Shown here: positions 48,990 through 61,885 of the stretch, piece after piece
Layout of the letters: every line of letters starts with the position of its first letter
Numbering within the stretch: position 1 is the stretch's first letter
Assembly (NCBI GenBank): GCA_013265495.1
Contig: MU057640.1
Coordinates: forward strand, 1,745,303-1,809,302
Source: Vicugna vicugna
Taxonomy: Eukaryota
Direction of reading: 5' to 3'
Length of the DNA stretch: 64,000 bases
Translations under genes and position numbers: made by a program
Notes under the pieces: model-generated
Databases searched by the model: none
Told to the model about the DNA's origin: nothing
The model's input: only the letters and a program-made list of their open reading frames with translations

Positions 48990-51900
48990 AATCTGTTTCC
49001 CAGTTTCTGGACCTGGGCCAGTTTTCAGACCTGGAACTCAGTGACTAAAGGAAAAGCTGGGTCCTCCAGAGGAAGGGCCCTGCGATACCACAGCAACGTG
49101 TACAAGATGAGTCCTTCCCCAGGGGCCCGCGGGCCAACGTGAGTGTCCAGAGAGCCTAAGGACTGGCTGGACACAGAAGCAGGCTCTGAGCTGACACTGA
49201 TGTTGAGCACCCGAAGCATCACCGTGCCCCTGTTAGAAAAATGGGTCAGGGAAACACATGGGACCACATAAATAAAACGCAATCAAGTCCTAGTGCAGGT
49301 CTGGCTCAGCGTGGGCCCCCCGGCTCTACAGCCTTGCCCGGGGTTCTTTTCCCCCAGTCCCTGAACGTGTAACCAGAGTGGACATACCTGGTAGTCAGGC
49401 AAACCAACTAGTTTCAGCCACACGGGGGAAGGCCAAGTGGAAGTCTACGAAACTTCCCTGACACCACCCCCCCGACCCAAGACAATCAATCGCAACACCG
49501 TGAGGATGAGAAGAGATACAAAAGGAAGAGGTGGTGGCCCTCGTACTCCCAGCTGATTCACTAGTCAGGTCCCCACGAAAACCAGACACATGCAAATTAA
49601 CACTGCTTCAGGTGCATGGTGATACTTGGTATACGGTCCCTCTGGCAAACGTATTCTTATCCATCTCTCTTGAGGCCACAAGCATTTGGGTTCATGGGAG
49701 GCATACTACTCTATACATCTGCGTTCTTGCCCCAGGGCTGTAAGCTCTTCTGCTCTCCATCGAAAGGTCGTCTGAAGGAAGCTGGACCGTGTAGAGAGGC
49801 TGCAGGACATCACACTGGTCCATGACATTGAGGACATGTCAGTCAGACTGGATGAGCAAGAAGGGGTAAGTATGTAGGAGGTAAAGCCTATAAAACCTCA
49901 GGAGCCTGCTGGAACATCCCCTTCAAAGGAAGGGAGCCTTTCCCTCATTACTAGAAAGGAATCAGAATGCCCATAGGTCAGTGTGGATTCTGAAGTCTGT
50001 AAAGTCCATTCCTGGGAATATTGCTCTGACCCGTTCGCCAAGTCACATGGAAAGCTCCGAGTGGGGCCCAGAGCAGAACGACCCTGCAGCCAGTTCAGGA
50101 CGCGGCATAAACAGCCTTGCCACTTTGTGCATACTACCTGGTATAGCTTACAGTACTCAAGGCACCTACGATGGGAAAAGCTGTCATACAGAGTTTGCGG
50201 TAATCCCAACTGGAGAATGACAAGGAGACCCATGGGATTCTGGAGTAAGGCCGTGGCATTTGCACCAGCCCTGGTTTACTGCTGGGCCTCGGTAGAGACT
50301 GACCATGTGACTCATCAGACATTAAGCCATACCTCCGAGCAGGCCCAGCAGCAACCCATTCAAAGCTGGAAGTGGTGCAAGGGCACTGGACACGAGCAGG
50401 GATGAGGGCACAAGCAGGCTGCTTGTGCAGGTGGCCCAGACCGCCCACCATGGCATTCACTGTCGCACGAGCAGTCACCTCAGCTCGCATCTACGGCCAA
50501 GGGCAGGGGGATGTAACCAGCACCCCAACTTACAGAAGAGGGACAAAGCCAGGTTTGGTTCACAGACGGGTGCGTTTGATATGAAGCTGGGAGCCAAAAA
50601 GGGACTGCTGCAGCAGGGTGGCCCCGCTCAGGTGGCCCTTTAAGACAGCGGTGAAGGGAAACCACTGCAAGGCAACAGTCAGGCTTCCCAGCCATCCACT
50701 TTGTGTGCAAGCAGAACAGGCCCAAGGCCAGAAAAAACATGAACTGATGGGAGTAGCAAATGGCTTGGCTGACTGGCCAGAGACCGAGGAGGAGAAAGAT
50801 GAGGTGGTCAGGGACAAGGGTGGAGGAGCATGGACGATCTACAGGAGTGGCCATGGCGTCTGAATGCATGTTAATGGCGCCAGAGAGCATCACTAGGGAA
50901 GAGGCACGAAGCAACCAAATAGTCCAAATGATCCAGCCGGCTGTTGTCTGCCATCGTCATTAGTCACACCCGTGCCGGCAAAATGTGTGCCTGGAAGGAG
51001 CAGCCATGGTGACAGCCGTGGCAGCTTCACAGTGGGATTCAGCTCACCAAAGCCAGCCTAGACACTGGTGCTGCCAAGTGTTCAACCCGAGTGCCGCAGA
51101 GATCACTGCTGTGTATCGTTTATCGACTCAATACCCACGCCTCAAGGGGAACCGCCACCCACTTGACAGCAGCGTGTCTACCTTGGACTCCTTCCAGTCT
51201 ACATACGGCAGCTACTTATCTTGACTAGAAGTTATGGGCATTGATCTTGCCTTCCCTGCTTTCAGGGCTTCAGTACTATGATCATATGAGGGTTCACAGA
51301 GTGTTAGATCCACTGACACAGGATTCCCACATGGCACTGAATAGGACCTTGGGATTTTACAGCAAAGAGGGTGTGACCGTGGGCACACAGCCATGGAATC
51401 CACTGGTCCTGTCGTATACTGTAGAAGCTGCTGGTCTGATAGAACAACCGAGTGACCTTTTAAAGGTGCAGCTGAGACGGCAGCTTGGAAATGATATCCT
51501 GTGAGGATGGGCACCACCCTTCAGGATGCAGGATACACCCTAAATCAATGTCCATTCTAGTGTTTCTGTGGCCCCAGTTGGTGGAATACTCTAGACTGGG
51601 AACCAACCATTAGAATGGGAATGGCCCTGCTAGACATCTTTACCAATGACCCACTTGGTAAATGTGCTTCTTGCTACCGCAAGTTCAGGCTCTGTGGGTC
51701 TAAACAACCTGGTTATAGCAAGGGAATATAGCAAGAGTCCCACTCAACTCTAAGCTGCAGCTACTGCCCAGTCACTTTGGGTCCTTCGTGCTACGAAGTC
51801 ACCACCGCGTTCTTTCCTTGGTAGGAGGAAAATCAGGAGGCAGGGCTGCTGCCACACACAGGGGGGAGAAGCGACAGGCCTGGCATCCAGGTGATACCCT

Positions 51901-52030
51901 TCCCCAATTTAAATGGAGTATGGTCGGTCAAGCGGAGCAGCCACTGCTTGAGAAGGGCCTGGTGAGCAGGGGCTCAGAGCTCTCAAGGATGAGGGAGCCT
52001 GCGTCACCCCAGCAGGTAACTTAGGGGCAA
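48990..52030 (+). pseudogene. Degenerate ERVL (ERV3-16A3/ERVL-E-like) pro-pol-dUTPase internal region
   Basis: Frameshifted remnants in retroviral order: protease (G-SELTL ~49180), GKAKWK ~49425, RT (DTWYTVPLANVFLSI, LPQG, ITLVH-D-I-E-D in place of YIDD ~49810), tether (RRPMGFWSKA, AQQQPIQSWKW), RNase H (WFTDG ~50557, GVANGLADW), integrase (HGIHWS, EAAGLIEQPSDLLKVQLRRQLG), then dUTPase-like PLNSKLQLLPSHFG ~51740. Confidence 0.88.
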
Positions 52031-52124
52031 GAGCAGGTAAGCACCTGGACCAGCAGGGGTGCTCGTCGAGGAGAAATCTCAACAGGGCAGTAGAGGAGGG
52101 AGACCCGCGGATATGAGCAGTGCA

Positions 52125-52427
52125 AGAACCGGGTGTTGTGGTGCTCTGCCCAGACTCCACTGCAGCACGGAGACAGCCCTTCCCCCAAGCTGTTGGGAGC
52201 GTTGCCTTCCCCAAGCAGTGCCCTCAAGACATCTCCGAAGGGCCACCGCAGCTCCAGATCTCCCCATGGATTTTAACTAAAGCCTTTGTTGTAACTGAAC
52301 TGAGAGTTCATCAACCCAGCTGCCAGCGCTCCCTCACAGATAGCGTCCTGGGAGAGCACTCCCCAGGAAACTTCCTGTGCAAAGATGGCAGGCTCAGAGT
52401 CCCCTTGCACAGAAGCCAACTCACTGG
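52125..52427 (+). mobile_element. LTR16-like 3' LTR of the ERVL provirus (internally deleted)
   Basis: gggtgttgtggtgctctgcccagactcc...gaagggccaccgcagctccagatctccccatgg...gagagcactccccaggaaacttcctgtgc...ctcagagtc. Confidence 0.75.
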
Positions 52428-52746
52428 AGTCAACGCCTTGGTCCGGGCCAACACTGCCTCAAGGCTGAATTCCTCAGTAGCCTCCAATGACCTCCTGAGG
52501 GCTTCCCTGGCAATTCCAGTGCCCTGGACACCACTGAGAGGAAGGTACCCCAATCTCGTCTCCATCATGCCACTTACTATGTATATTATCTCAGGCCAAT
52601 TACCAAAAATAAGGTAGAAAGCACTTGTATGTCAAGGAAAACTATGCATCGTCTTCAGCAAACCCTCTGTCCTATCAGATTCTGATTCTGTGGGAATTAT
52701 TTTATAATTTTGTAAAATGTAGGTATCTAATAAGACATGTAAATTA

Positions 52747-52763
52747 TGTCCCCTCTAGTGGAG
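52747..52763 (-). promoter_or_regulatory. Candidate CTCF site
   Basis: Minus strand CTCCACTAGAGGGGACA, containing the CCACTAGAGGG core. Confidence 0.45.
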
Positions 52764-55700
52764 GTTCAAAGGAACTCCCCTCAAAAAAACAACAAAAAAA
52801 GTGTCTCCATTTTACAATTCATTTCAATATTCCTTTAATCCATATAAATTTGTGCTCTTAAAAAGTTTTCCTTTGAACACACCATAACATGTGGTTAGTT
52901 CTCCAGACAAATGAGTCAAGTAAAATCTTGAATATGTGTACCTTTTTATATCTGAGAACCATGAGTTTACCTTTTCCTGAAAATTACTTTTAATCCTCAA
53001 CTTCCACATACATAAGACAACAGTAAAAACATCTGCAGGTTTGTTGTGAATTTATCTGGCGGACAGTAGGCACTCAAGTGCTTATTGCAATAAGCACTTT
53101 TCAAAGAAAGTCATTACAACTTTATAGAGTCCTTTTGCTGAAGCTTGCAATGGAAATATATTTTCCAGAGTCTTAGATCTGGCAAGAGTTACCACACACC
53201 AACCCTTTGCCAAAGACAAGTCAGTGTCTTCAGTTTCTTTCACTAATAGATTGACTGTGTCTAGTCAGTCTGCCATTGTCACTTACTATCTTCCATCTTT
53301 GAATATTAAATATTTCCAAGATCAGTTTATTTTACAACAATCCCTTTCAGGCTACACAGACCCCAAATTTTAAACTTCCTTTTTAAAATTAGATTTTGCT
53401 TTTAATTTCCTTAAACAGTTGTTTGCTCTTAGCTTAAAAATAAGAGTGAGAAATTTTCCCCTCCCCAATCTGATGGTGTACTTGGAGAAAATTGTTCAAC
53501 TACTCCTAGTCGGAAATGTAACAGAGCAAGAGGTCGAGTCGATTTGTGCCCTCTGACATGAGAGATAAAGGCACTTTCCCAGGCTTAGCTCAGTCCACTC
53601 CACACCTGTGGTTAATACCAGTTGTCCCCAGTCAAAGCAGGAAGGGCAAGGTGCTGAGTCATCCATTAAAGTGTCTAGGCAGCAGCAGAAGCTGACGGGA
53701 AGGAAAGCTGCAGCCTAACACTGTCATAGTAACAAACCCGGAGCAAGAATGTGGCAACAGAAGAAATATGGTCTGCTTGAAATCCAGAAAAAGGAAGCCC
53801 AAGACCAAAAATTGACAATGTTTATCACAGAGTAAAAAAAACCTGAAGCTGATGGACATAAATATTCTATTGCTAGAAAAGCAGAAAACTTATAAAGCAT
53901 ACTTTTCCCAACCCAGCAAAAAATATGTTTTTGATTACATAAGGAAGAATCACACACTTCCTTGTGCTCTAATTCTCTGTCCACGCACTAACTTCCAGTG
54001 ACCTAAGTGGCCTATCAGTTACCTTCTGATCCGAGGCTGGGAGTGCCCTCATCTCTAGGACTGCAAACTAATAAACTGGCATTTTGATCAACATACTGAA
54101 CTTCTACTAGGTTCATTATTACTAGTTGGTCCTGAAAAAAATCAAGTTTCTAAGAAACTTAGGTTCTGACAAAATCAAGTGTAAGCATCGACTCCTGATC
54201 GGGCCAAAGCCAACCGTGTCTGGCAGCCAGTCTCTCTCCAGAACCTCCCTTTCCACGTTCATTCTTGCTCGTCTGCCATCTTACTCCTTTACCTAAAACA
54301 TGCTCTGTGCAGCTTTAGCTACAAAGTGATGCTGAGGGAAATTTCATCACGAAAAAATGCGTCCTAAATCTGACTTTACTCTCCATGTTATCTAGAAGTG
54401 GAGGGGCTGAGGATCTGGCACTTTTCAGGCCCAAAGCCCCATTTTTCTTTGGCTTGCTGCTTCGGCCGCAGGCAGCTGAGCCAGGGCTCGCTGTGGCGGT
54501 CACAGCGCACCACCCGGTACCTGGAGACACCAGAGCTTTCCCTACTTCAGCACTTGCCACTTCTCTGGCCCTCTCACCCACGGCCCTGATAACCTGTTGG
54601 CTCTCCTTCTGACCTGCATTCCCACAGGGTGACCTAATATAGGTTGAGAAACAGAGATGTTAACAAGGGACATGTTAGAACTCATGGAATTGGATAGTTT
54701 TCTGGTTTCCAGAAAGGTAAAGATATTGTCCAAGTGATACCTTTTTTTTTTGCCTCCTGTCCTCTGGCCTCATATTTTAAAAGAAAAAGTCAGCCTAAGG
54801 TCTTACAACATGAATCATAAGCCTCCAGATTCGATGGTTTTCCACAAAGAAACCATTTTATTTCTCCACTCATCCCACTCAGCTCAGAAGATTAACCTTT
54901 AAGAAACTACCACTTGTCAGACTTTAGTGAAGTATCAAAACAAAACTATTAACAACTATCTGGAAAACTGTTAAAAAAAACCTCTCTTTTCCAACTATAT
55001 GCATGACAAGGTTCTCTTCAAAAACTTCAACCAAAATAATGTAATGCAACTCACTGGATGTAGAAGCAGACAGGAGTTTTCAGATGTCTTACGCAATTTT
55101 TAAAATTTGGAAGCACTATTTTAAATAAAAATGTTTTGTTAATGTGTAATTGACTTTATTATTTATTAATTCAGTTAGAAATAACACCTTTGGTATTTGT
55201 CGTCTTAATTTTTAAAGCAATGAATATTAATAAACCACATAAAGAAAAGCTCTTGGTGGGGGGGAACTAATTTTTTTAAATGTAAAGCTATTCCAAGAAC
55301 AGAAGGTTTGAGATCTGCAGTGTTAGAAAAACCTGACTTACCAAAACTAACTAAAAAAAAAAAAAAAGAATAGGAAATCCGAAGTCTTTGAGGAACTGAA
55401 TCCATGACTAAAAGCCTTCTCCTAAAGACCACTCTATGTCCAGGTGGTTTCACTGGTGAATGTTTCCTTTTTCCCCAACAATTTAAGGAAGGAAATAACT
55501 TACATGGAGAAAAGCAGAGGCATGAAGAGATGTAAGGCGGCCTGAGAAAAAGGGCAAACATCCAGATCTACATCCACCTCCGTTCTGCTGACTTTCTGTT
55601 CGAGGTCGGCTACAGATGTATCCTAAAACAGACACCTTATTTCTTAGGTGGTCCGAGTTTCTGTTTCTTGAAAACAACACTCAAGCTCTGAAAAGCTATG

Positions 55701-57868
55701 TACAGACTTGTTGAGGACGTTGTGGTCAAGTTGCACGCACTGTTAGCAACCACACACTCTGGGGAGTGGACTCTGGGTTCAGAGCTAAGCTCTGATTTGT
55801 CTGAGCCCATCATGGTGACTGCTCTTGTCAGTGACTGGCTCAAAATCAGGACACAGGGACAAGTCAAGGATCCCACATATGTCAAATCTTACATTAACGA
55901 GATGCAAGGAGAAATGCGCTCAGGCTTCTGGGAGATCTTCCCACTCAAGAGCGGTAACAGGAAGTGTTTTTTTCCTGAATGATGATGTATGCGTATGGAA
56001 TGAGGTCCAGAAACAGACTCCAAGTTCCAGTCTGAAAAGAAAGCCAGCACACATAGGTGGGTAGGGTTGAGAAAATTACAGCCATACAGAGCTGGAGTAA
56101 CATGAATAAACCAATTCCCAGAGCCCATCCTACCTTCATTTTACAGTGAGCCCATTTCCTGTTTCAGCAACTTTGAATTGGGTTTTCTCTTTCTTGCAAC
56201 TGTAAGCATCCCAAATGAATTACTATTTCAGAACTCACCACTTACAGAAGTACTTTCAATACTGTGATTGTACAAAAGGAGTCACTCCCACAGTAATAAG
56301 CTAGGCAAATCTGCATTTTGTCTAAAGAAAGGTACACCTTACTTTAGCCATTTGTGCTCCATTGTTGAGCTCCCTCTGGAACATGCTGTATTATTAATCG
56401 GTGTGCAAGTGAGAAGCAGCGGGGTGGTGTGTGAGAGCAAACCCACTCAGGGCATCACAAACACAGAGGCACTACCTGCGATCTGTTTACACTCAGTGCT
56501 GTCCCGGGATGTTGACTATCTGGTAAAGGCAGGTCAAGAGTACTGCTTGCTTCAGGGCGGGACTGGAGACCTGGAGCGTTCTTACACGGGCCAGTTACCA
56601 TGTACTCACACAACGTTCTTGGGAACAAAATGGGACCTTGTACTAAAGGATGACCTTTTCCCTTTCTGGCACAGTTTACTGGGCACTGAAACTGAATGCT
56701 TTCTTAAAAGATTTTCAGACAAGATGGATTCATCTCTAGCCGCTTGCTGTCAACACACTTTCTGAGAAACTACAAAGCAACCTAGGGATCCTCTTGTACC
56801 AAACTACATTTTCCCAAGTATGAAGTTCAGTTATATTTAGTTTCCTTTAATAAGCACATATGAAGAAGGGGAAAAGGAAGTAAAACAAATATTTTGCGTA
56901 ATAAGTGCTGAATACCCCAAATGCCACCAAGTAAGGTCATGTCCTTACTTCACAAAGTGCTTTTTCCCTTCCCCAGAGGAAAAAACACCAACATGCTGAG
57001 ATTCATTGGCTACAGGTCAGCAAGACATTTCTGGGTCTTTTAGGGGGAAAAAATCCAAAGTAAACTGCACTTTAAGAATGAAAAAGAGGTTTTATGGGAC
57101 CCAAATTACATGTCGACTGCCCTTTGAATCTCTGACTCTTAAGATTATTAATGCAGTTTACACAGAAAATCCCTTTGAAGATGTATTTCATTTAAGCAGT
57201 ATGTTTCCTGTGCTAGAAAAAATACTATCCTTTAAGATTAAATACCATTACATTTCCAGGTGTGCCACTGTGATTCCAAGCAGGAAGACAGCAAACTGTT
57301 TGGGACCCTGATGCAGATGGCACCCAATCTGCACCCTGCTGGTTTTGGTTGTCACTGACAGATAAAATGACTCATTAAAGGCTTAATGCATGATTCAGTC
57401 AAGAGTATATCTATTCTCATTGACAGCATGCATTTTCTTTAATATACATGACATTAGTAGGTTAGCAGACACCTCACATTAGCATCTGCCCAATTTTGAT
57501 GACCATGATCCAAATGTTTTCCCCATTCTGTGTACTGTCATTTAGTGTAACATTGAATATGTACACATTTTCTCCATCCTCCATGTTTCATCAAATACTG
57601 TATCATTAACAGGACACATTCGGGTAAATTTCGAAGATGTAAACTACAACCTTTCCGCCAAGTGTGAAAAGATATCCTTTTATTATGAAATACATACATT
57701 TCTATTATAAGCTGAATCCCATGTTTATAGGCCGAAGCTTCTGTTTAAAATGATTATTTCAGAACCAAGTACAAGTCCTAAAAATATACTATGCAGAGCT
57801 TAATACGGTATACTTTAATTTTTCTTACTTTGACAAAAATGGGACAGAAGACAAAATGAAAAAAAAAA

Positions 57869-57874
57869 TTTATT
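57869..57874 (-). terminator. Candidate main polyadenylation signal (AATAAA) of PCNX1
   Basis: Plus-strand tttatt; on the minus strand AATAAA is followed by TTTTTTTTTTCATTTTGTCTTCTGTC (U/GU-rich). Confidence 0.6.
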
Positions 57875-60800
57875 TCTTCAGTGTTTTATCCACTGTCAAT
57901 ACTGTATCTTTGATGCAATATATTTGCAAAGAAAAAAACAATCTCAGCTTTTATTTTCCATTTTAAACAACTAGAATATTTACAAGCTGTTCAGAATAAC
58001 AAACACTCAGACACGCATACACACACACTCACAGACACACTTGAGTACATATATTCTTATCTCTGGTTTATACTGAATGCTGGTAGAGGCAATGAATACT
58101 TTCAGAGCCCACGATCAGAAAAAGGAAACCCATTTTCCTTCCTCACCCCTACCTTCCTAGAACCATTTTTAGTACTCCTCCTTCCATTTCCTCATGCAGA
58201 GCTCATTGCCAGACTTGTATAGAGTTAAGGTAATCATTTTTTACAATTTATTTTTACTTAAACTATATAAGCTTTAAAAAAGCATAAGCAGACGTGATTT
58301 TCCCACCACTTCTATGATTTTGGTTGTAGGTTCAAGCTTCATATATAAAAAATCTTGTTCAACCACAATTACACTAAACCCACGAGGCATCTGGAGCAGC
58401 CATCTCATCCTCTACTGCTACTCTGTTCTGAATTCCAGGGTATCGCCCCATCTGTGCAAATAACAACCAGGAATTCATCCTTATCACAATCTCAGATGAC
58501 CTTTGTTCCTTCTAGCTTGGCTCCACTGAATCATAAATTGTCAGGTACAGAGCTGAGGCACAGGAAAAAAGCTATAACCCTATATAATAGGTATGTCTTA
58601 GAACAGAACTGTCATATTATAACCTTGCGATGACAATCAGCTCTGGTTCCCCCAAAGAATGTTATGTTGCTTCCATAAAATGGCAGATAATAAAAGTTTA
58701 GCTCACAAACAGAACTCATTTTCTCTAATTTGGAAAGAATAGGTGGCTGATGGGCAATACAGAGATTCTTATCATACATAATTCTTGACAGGATGACTCT
58801 GGTGAGATAATTTAAAGCAGGAAATATGCCTCTGTAAGAAACAAAATTAGCAGTCTATTCACATACCTTCCAGATCTGTTTGTATGATAATTTCTTTCCA
58901 ATCACAATTCTTACCTAAATATTTAATGAGTGAAAAATGAGAAGGCCTGGGTGTTTATCAACCAGATTTTTAAAAGAGAAATGAAGAAAAGAGAAGCTGG
59001 TTTTTAAATACTTAATTTAAAGACTATATATATATCCAACATATTAAAATTTATGCTGCACAAATAAATGGTAATATAATATCTAAGTTTCCTCTTTCTC
59101 CAGAGTAATATAAACCAAATTTCCACATAAGACTGAAAGTTCAAAGTCTGTTAACAGAGTCTAAGTATCACCTTAGTCTTTATTGAAATTATTCTCTTCA
59201 TGCATCTTGGAATTAAAGGAAAAGCCTCTAGAATAAAAGTGGATACTTTATACCTCATCTAAATAAGGTATCACGTCAAAGGGGAACACTGACTGGGTCT
59301 TTGTCCAAGCAAAGTCGTTCCATGTGATTACATTATAGTACAAAAAAGAAAAAGAATGAATACTGAAGACTTAAAACAAAACTAAAACAAAAAAAGGGCT
59401 TTGCCCATACTCGTGAAAAAGTAACTAAAACAAATACGAAAGTAATTTATAGTTTTATAGTTAGCAAAAATAAATTCAGAGAATTCTCAAGCAAAAATTA
59501 CTGTTATCTTCTCCTCAAGTCACATATTTAGGAAAAAAGGTTTCTGATTTTCAACTAAAAGAAAAAGATTTTTGCCTTTGGGCATACCTCAAGTTTAAAA
59601 GACCCAGTTCTGGATGAATGTGACTCGATGCAGAATTCCCAAGCAGAGGCAGAAGGATGCAGCAAGGTGGAATATATTAAGGCTAAGCAACCCTTGCTTA
59701 GATTTGAGGCTGTTTTTTATATTTCAATATGAGATGAAAAAAATAAACCAACCCAGGAAGGAAAATACACCTTCTTATTGAGTTGCAGTTTCCTATGTAA
59801 AAACTTGTATTTCCATTGCTTGACATTTGGTACACCGAGTAATTTTCTGTATCTCACTCAGGACAGAAATATTGTCTGACTAACTCTGTTTCAAGGTTCA
59901 GTAGAAGTATCTCAGATATATTTGTAATATTTAAAAAAATACTTCAAATCTAATGGAAGTTAATCTTCCAATAATAGAAACTCAAAGAAGGCAGAACACA
60001 GATGAAGTCTGTTCACCCATTCCCTGAAAGGTAATCAATCTCCTCTTATCTTAAATACATACAGCCTCACCATCTACTCCCTCAAGCCCCTTAAATATCA
60101 ACATCTTATACTACTCTAGACTCTTGGAAAAATTACAGTTCTTTAGAAAAAAGTGAACATATAAAGTTTCATCAAGTATTGAAAAATGGTGTAAAAAGAG
60201 GGCTCACACCAAGTTATAAGCTGGAAGATGAACCAAAAATTTAATTTTGAGCTATAAAATGATCTTTACCACTGAATAAGAAAAAAATTACAAAAAAGCT
60301 AACAATTTATAACTTATTCCAGGATTCTCTCTAGAGGTGGGAACCCCCCACAAAAGAAACCAAAATCAAATGAGAAGAAAACCGGAAAGACACCAATAAA
60401 ATTATTTAAAGCAAGTGAAAAAAATAAAAAAGCTAGTGTTTTAATTACATATTTTTACTTTCAAATTAGGGAATTCTGAAAGTTTTGGCAATCGTGAACT
60501 AAAGACACTAATGTATGTGTGCTGAAGTCTTGTATACCAAGGAAAAAGTTAAGCAGGGAATCTAAACAAATAGCTCACGATTCTCCAAGGCGGTGTGGGA
60601 TGCAGAGACAGAGTAGAATAAGACACATATGATCAATTTAATTAATGAAAGTGTATATATTTCTATATAACAATTTAGATCAAATTATTCTTAAGACATG
60701 AATCCTTCTTCAATGATCAATGCTTCCCGTGATGCACTTATTAGAGACGTATTATGATTTTAAAAAGACTGTAAGTTTTAGACTTAAAAAGTAAGAACAG

Positions 60801-61280
60801 GGCTCCTTTTAGGGTTCCTAATTCATAAATTCACTAAAGGGCTATCTGATAACAAAATGCAACTTGTTTTGAAAAAAATGTCTATTAACTATCCCAAATC
60901 AAGACCCAAATATTTATGTTCCATATAAAATCTAGCCTTGCATTTGCAATCTGACTTTTTATAGTGTGTGATGTGTTTAACAACTGGAAGCAGGGGGCGG
61001 GCGGCTAAGGAGAAAAATAATTCTAGCCCCCTGACTGAATCATCTGAAGTTCAGATTTCTTTTTACCCTGTGTTGAAAAATGAATTATCTTTTAAAAAAA
61101 GAAAAAAGAAAGAAAAATGCATTATCTTCGATTTAAGACTGAAAAGGCTCTATCTATTTTCTCATCTAGGCAATGACCATGAAGAGATCATAATCATCTC
61201 AGAAAGGGTACAGCAGCAGAGAGCGTAAGTCTTCTGAAAAAATTTAAAACAGATAAACAGATCATATATCCAGTTTCAGA

Positions 61281-61281
<1 letters not shown>

Positions 61282-61318
<37 letters not shown>
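61282..61318 (-). repeat. A37 run (U37 in the PCNX1 3' UTR)
   Basis: 37 consecutive A on the plus strand, with no SINE/LINE body adjacent. Confidence 0.95.
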
Positions 61319-61320
<2 letters not shown>

Positions 61321-61736
61321 ACCTGAACCTTAATGGCATACTGTAGACTTGCCAATGAGGCAAATACAGATTATAATGATAGTATCAGGAAAATTCATTT
61401 TAATCGGTCAGAATTTAGAAAGGGCACCTTTGGGTGAAGGTTCAGTAAATTATCTGACAAATATTTTTCAACAATTGGTTTTATAAAGTGTGAAGTCTGG
61501 AAACATCAACACAAGGCAAACTGGGTCCTGAAGAACTGCAAAAATTTAAAATTAGAAAAAGGAAAAATAAATAGGTTTTGGAGTGAAAATGCACTAAGAT
61601 GCTATATATTAGCTATCTACCCCTTTACTTTTCACTCCTCCTACTGAAATGTTATGCTATACTGGAAAATTACATCAGAATTAGCAGGAAAAACAGCTTC
61701 TCTTTCCTGTTGCCTCATCAAAAGATGCTTTAAACC

Positions 61737-61885
61737 TGTGCTGTCCCACACAGTAGCCACTCAGCACACGTAGCCAGCGACTGCCTGAAATACAGCTAGT
61801 ACCACATACTGAGATAGGAATATCTTCAATATAATGGATTAAACAAAATGTATGATTGAAATTAATTTCACCTGCTTCTTTTACT
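61737..61885 (+). mobile_element. MER33-like hAT fragment inside the PCNX1 3' UTR
   Basis: ctgtgctgtcccacacagtagccact...gaaatacagctagt...attgaaattaatttcacctgcttcttttact. Confidence 0.7.

Noticed and set aside
49531..51504. Domesticated retroviral gene or intact reverse transcriptase system
   Set aside because: Numerous frameshifts, stops and deletions, and the catalytic YIDD motif is lost; decay looks neutral.
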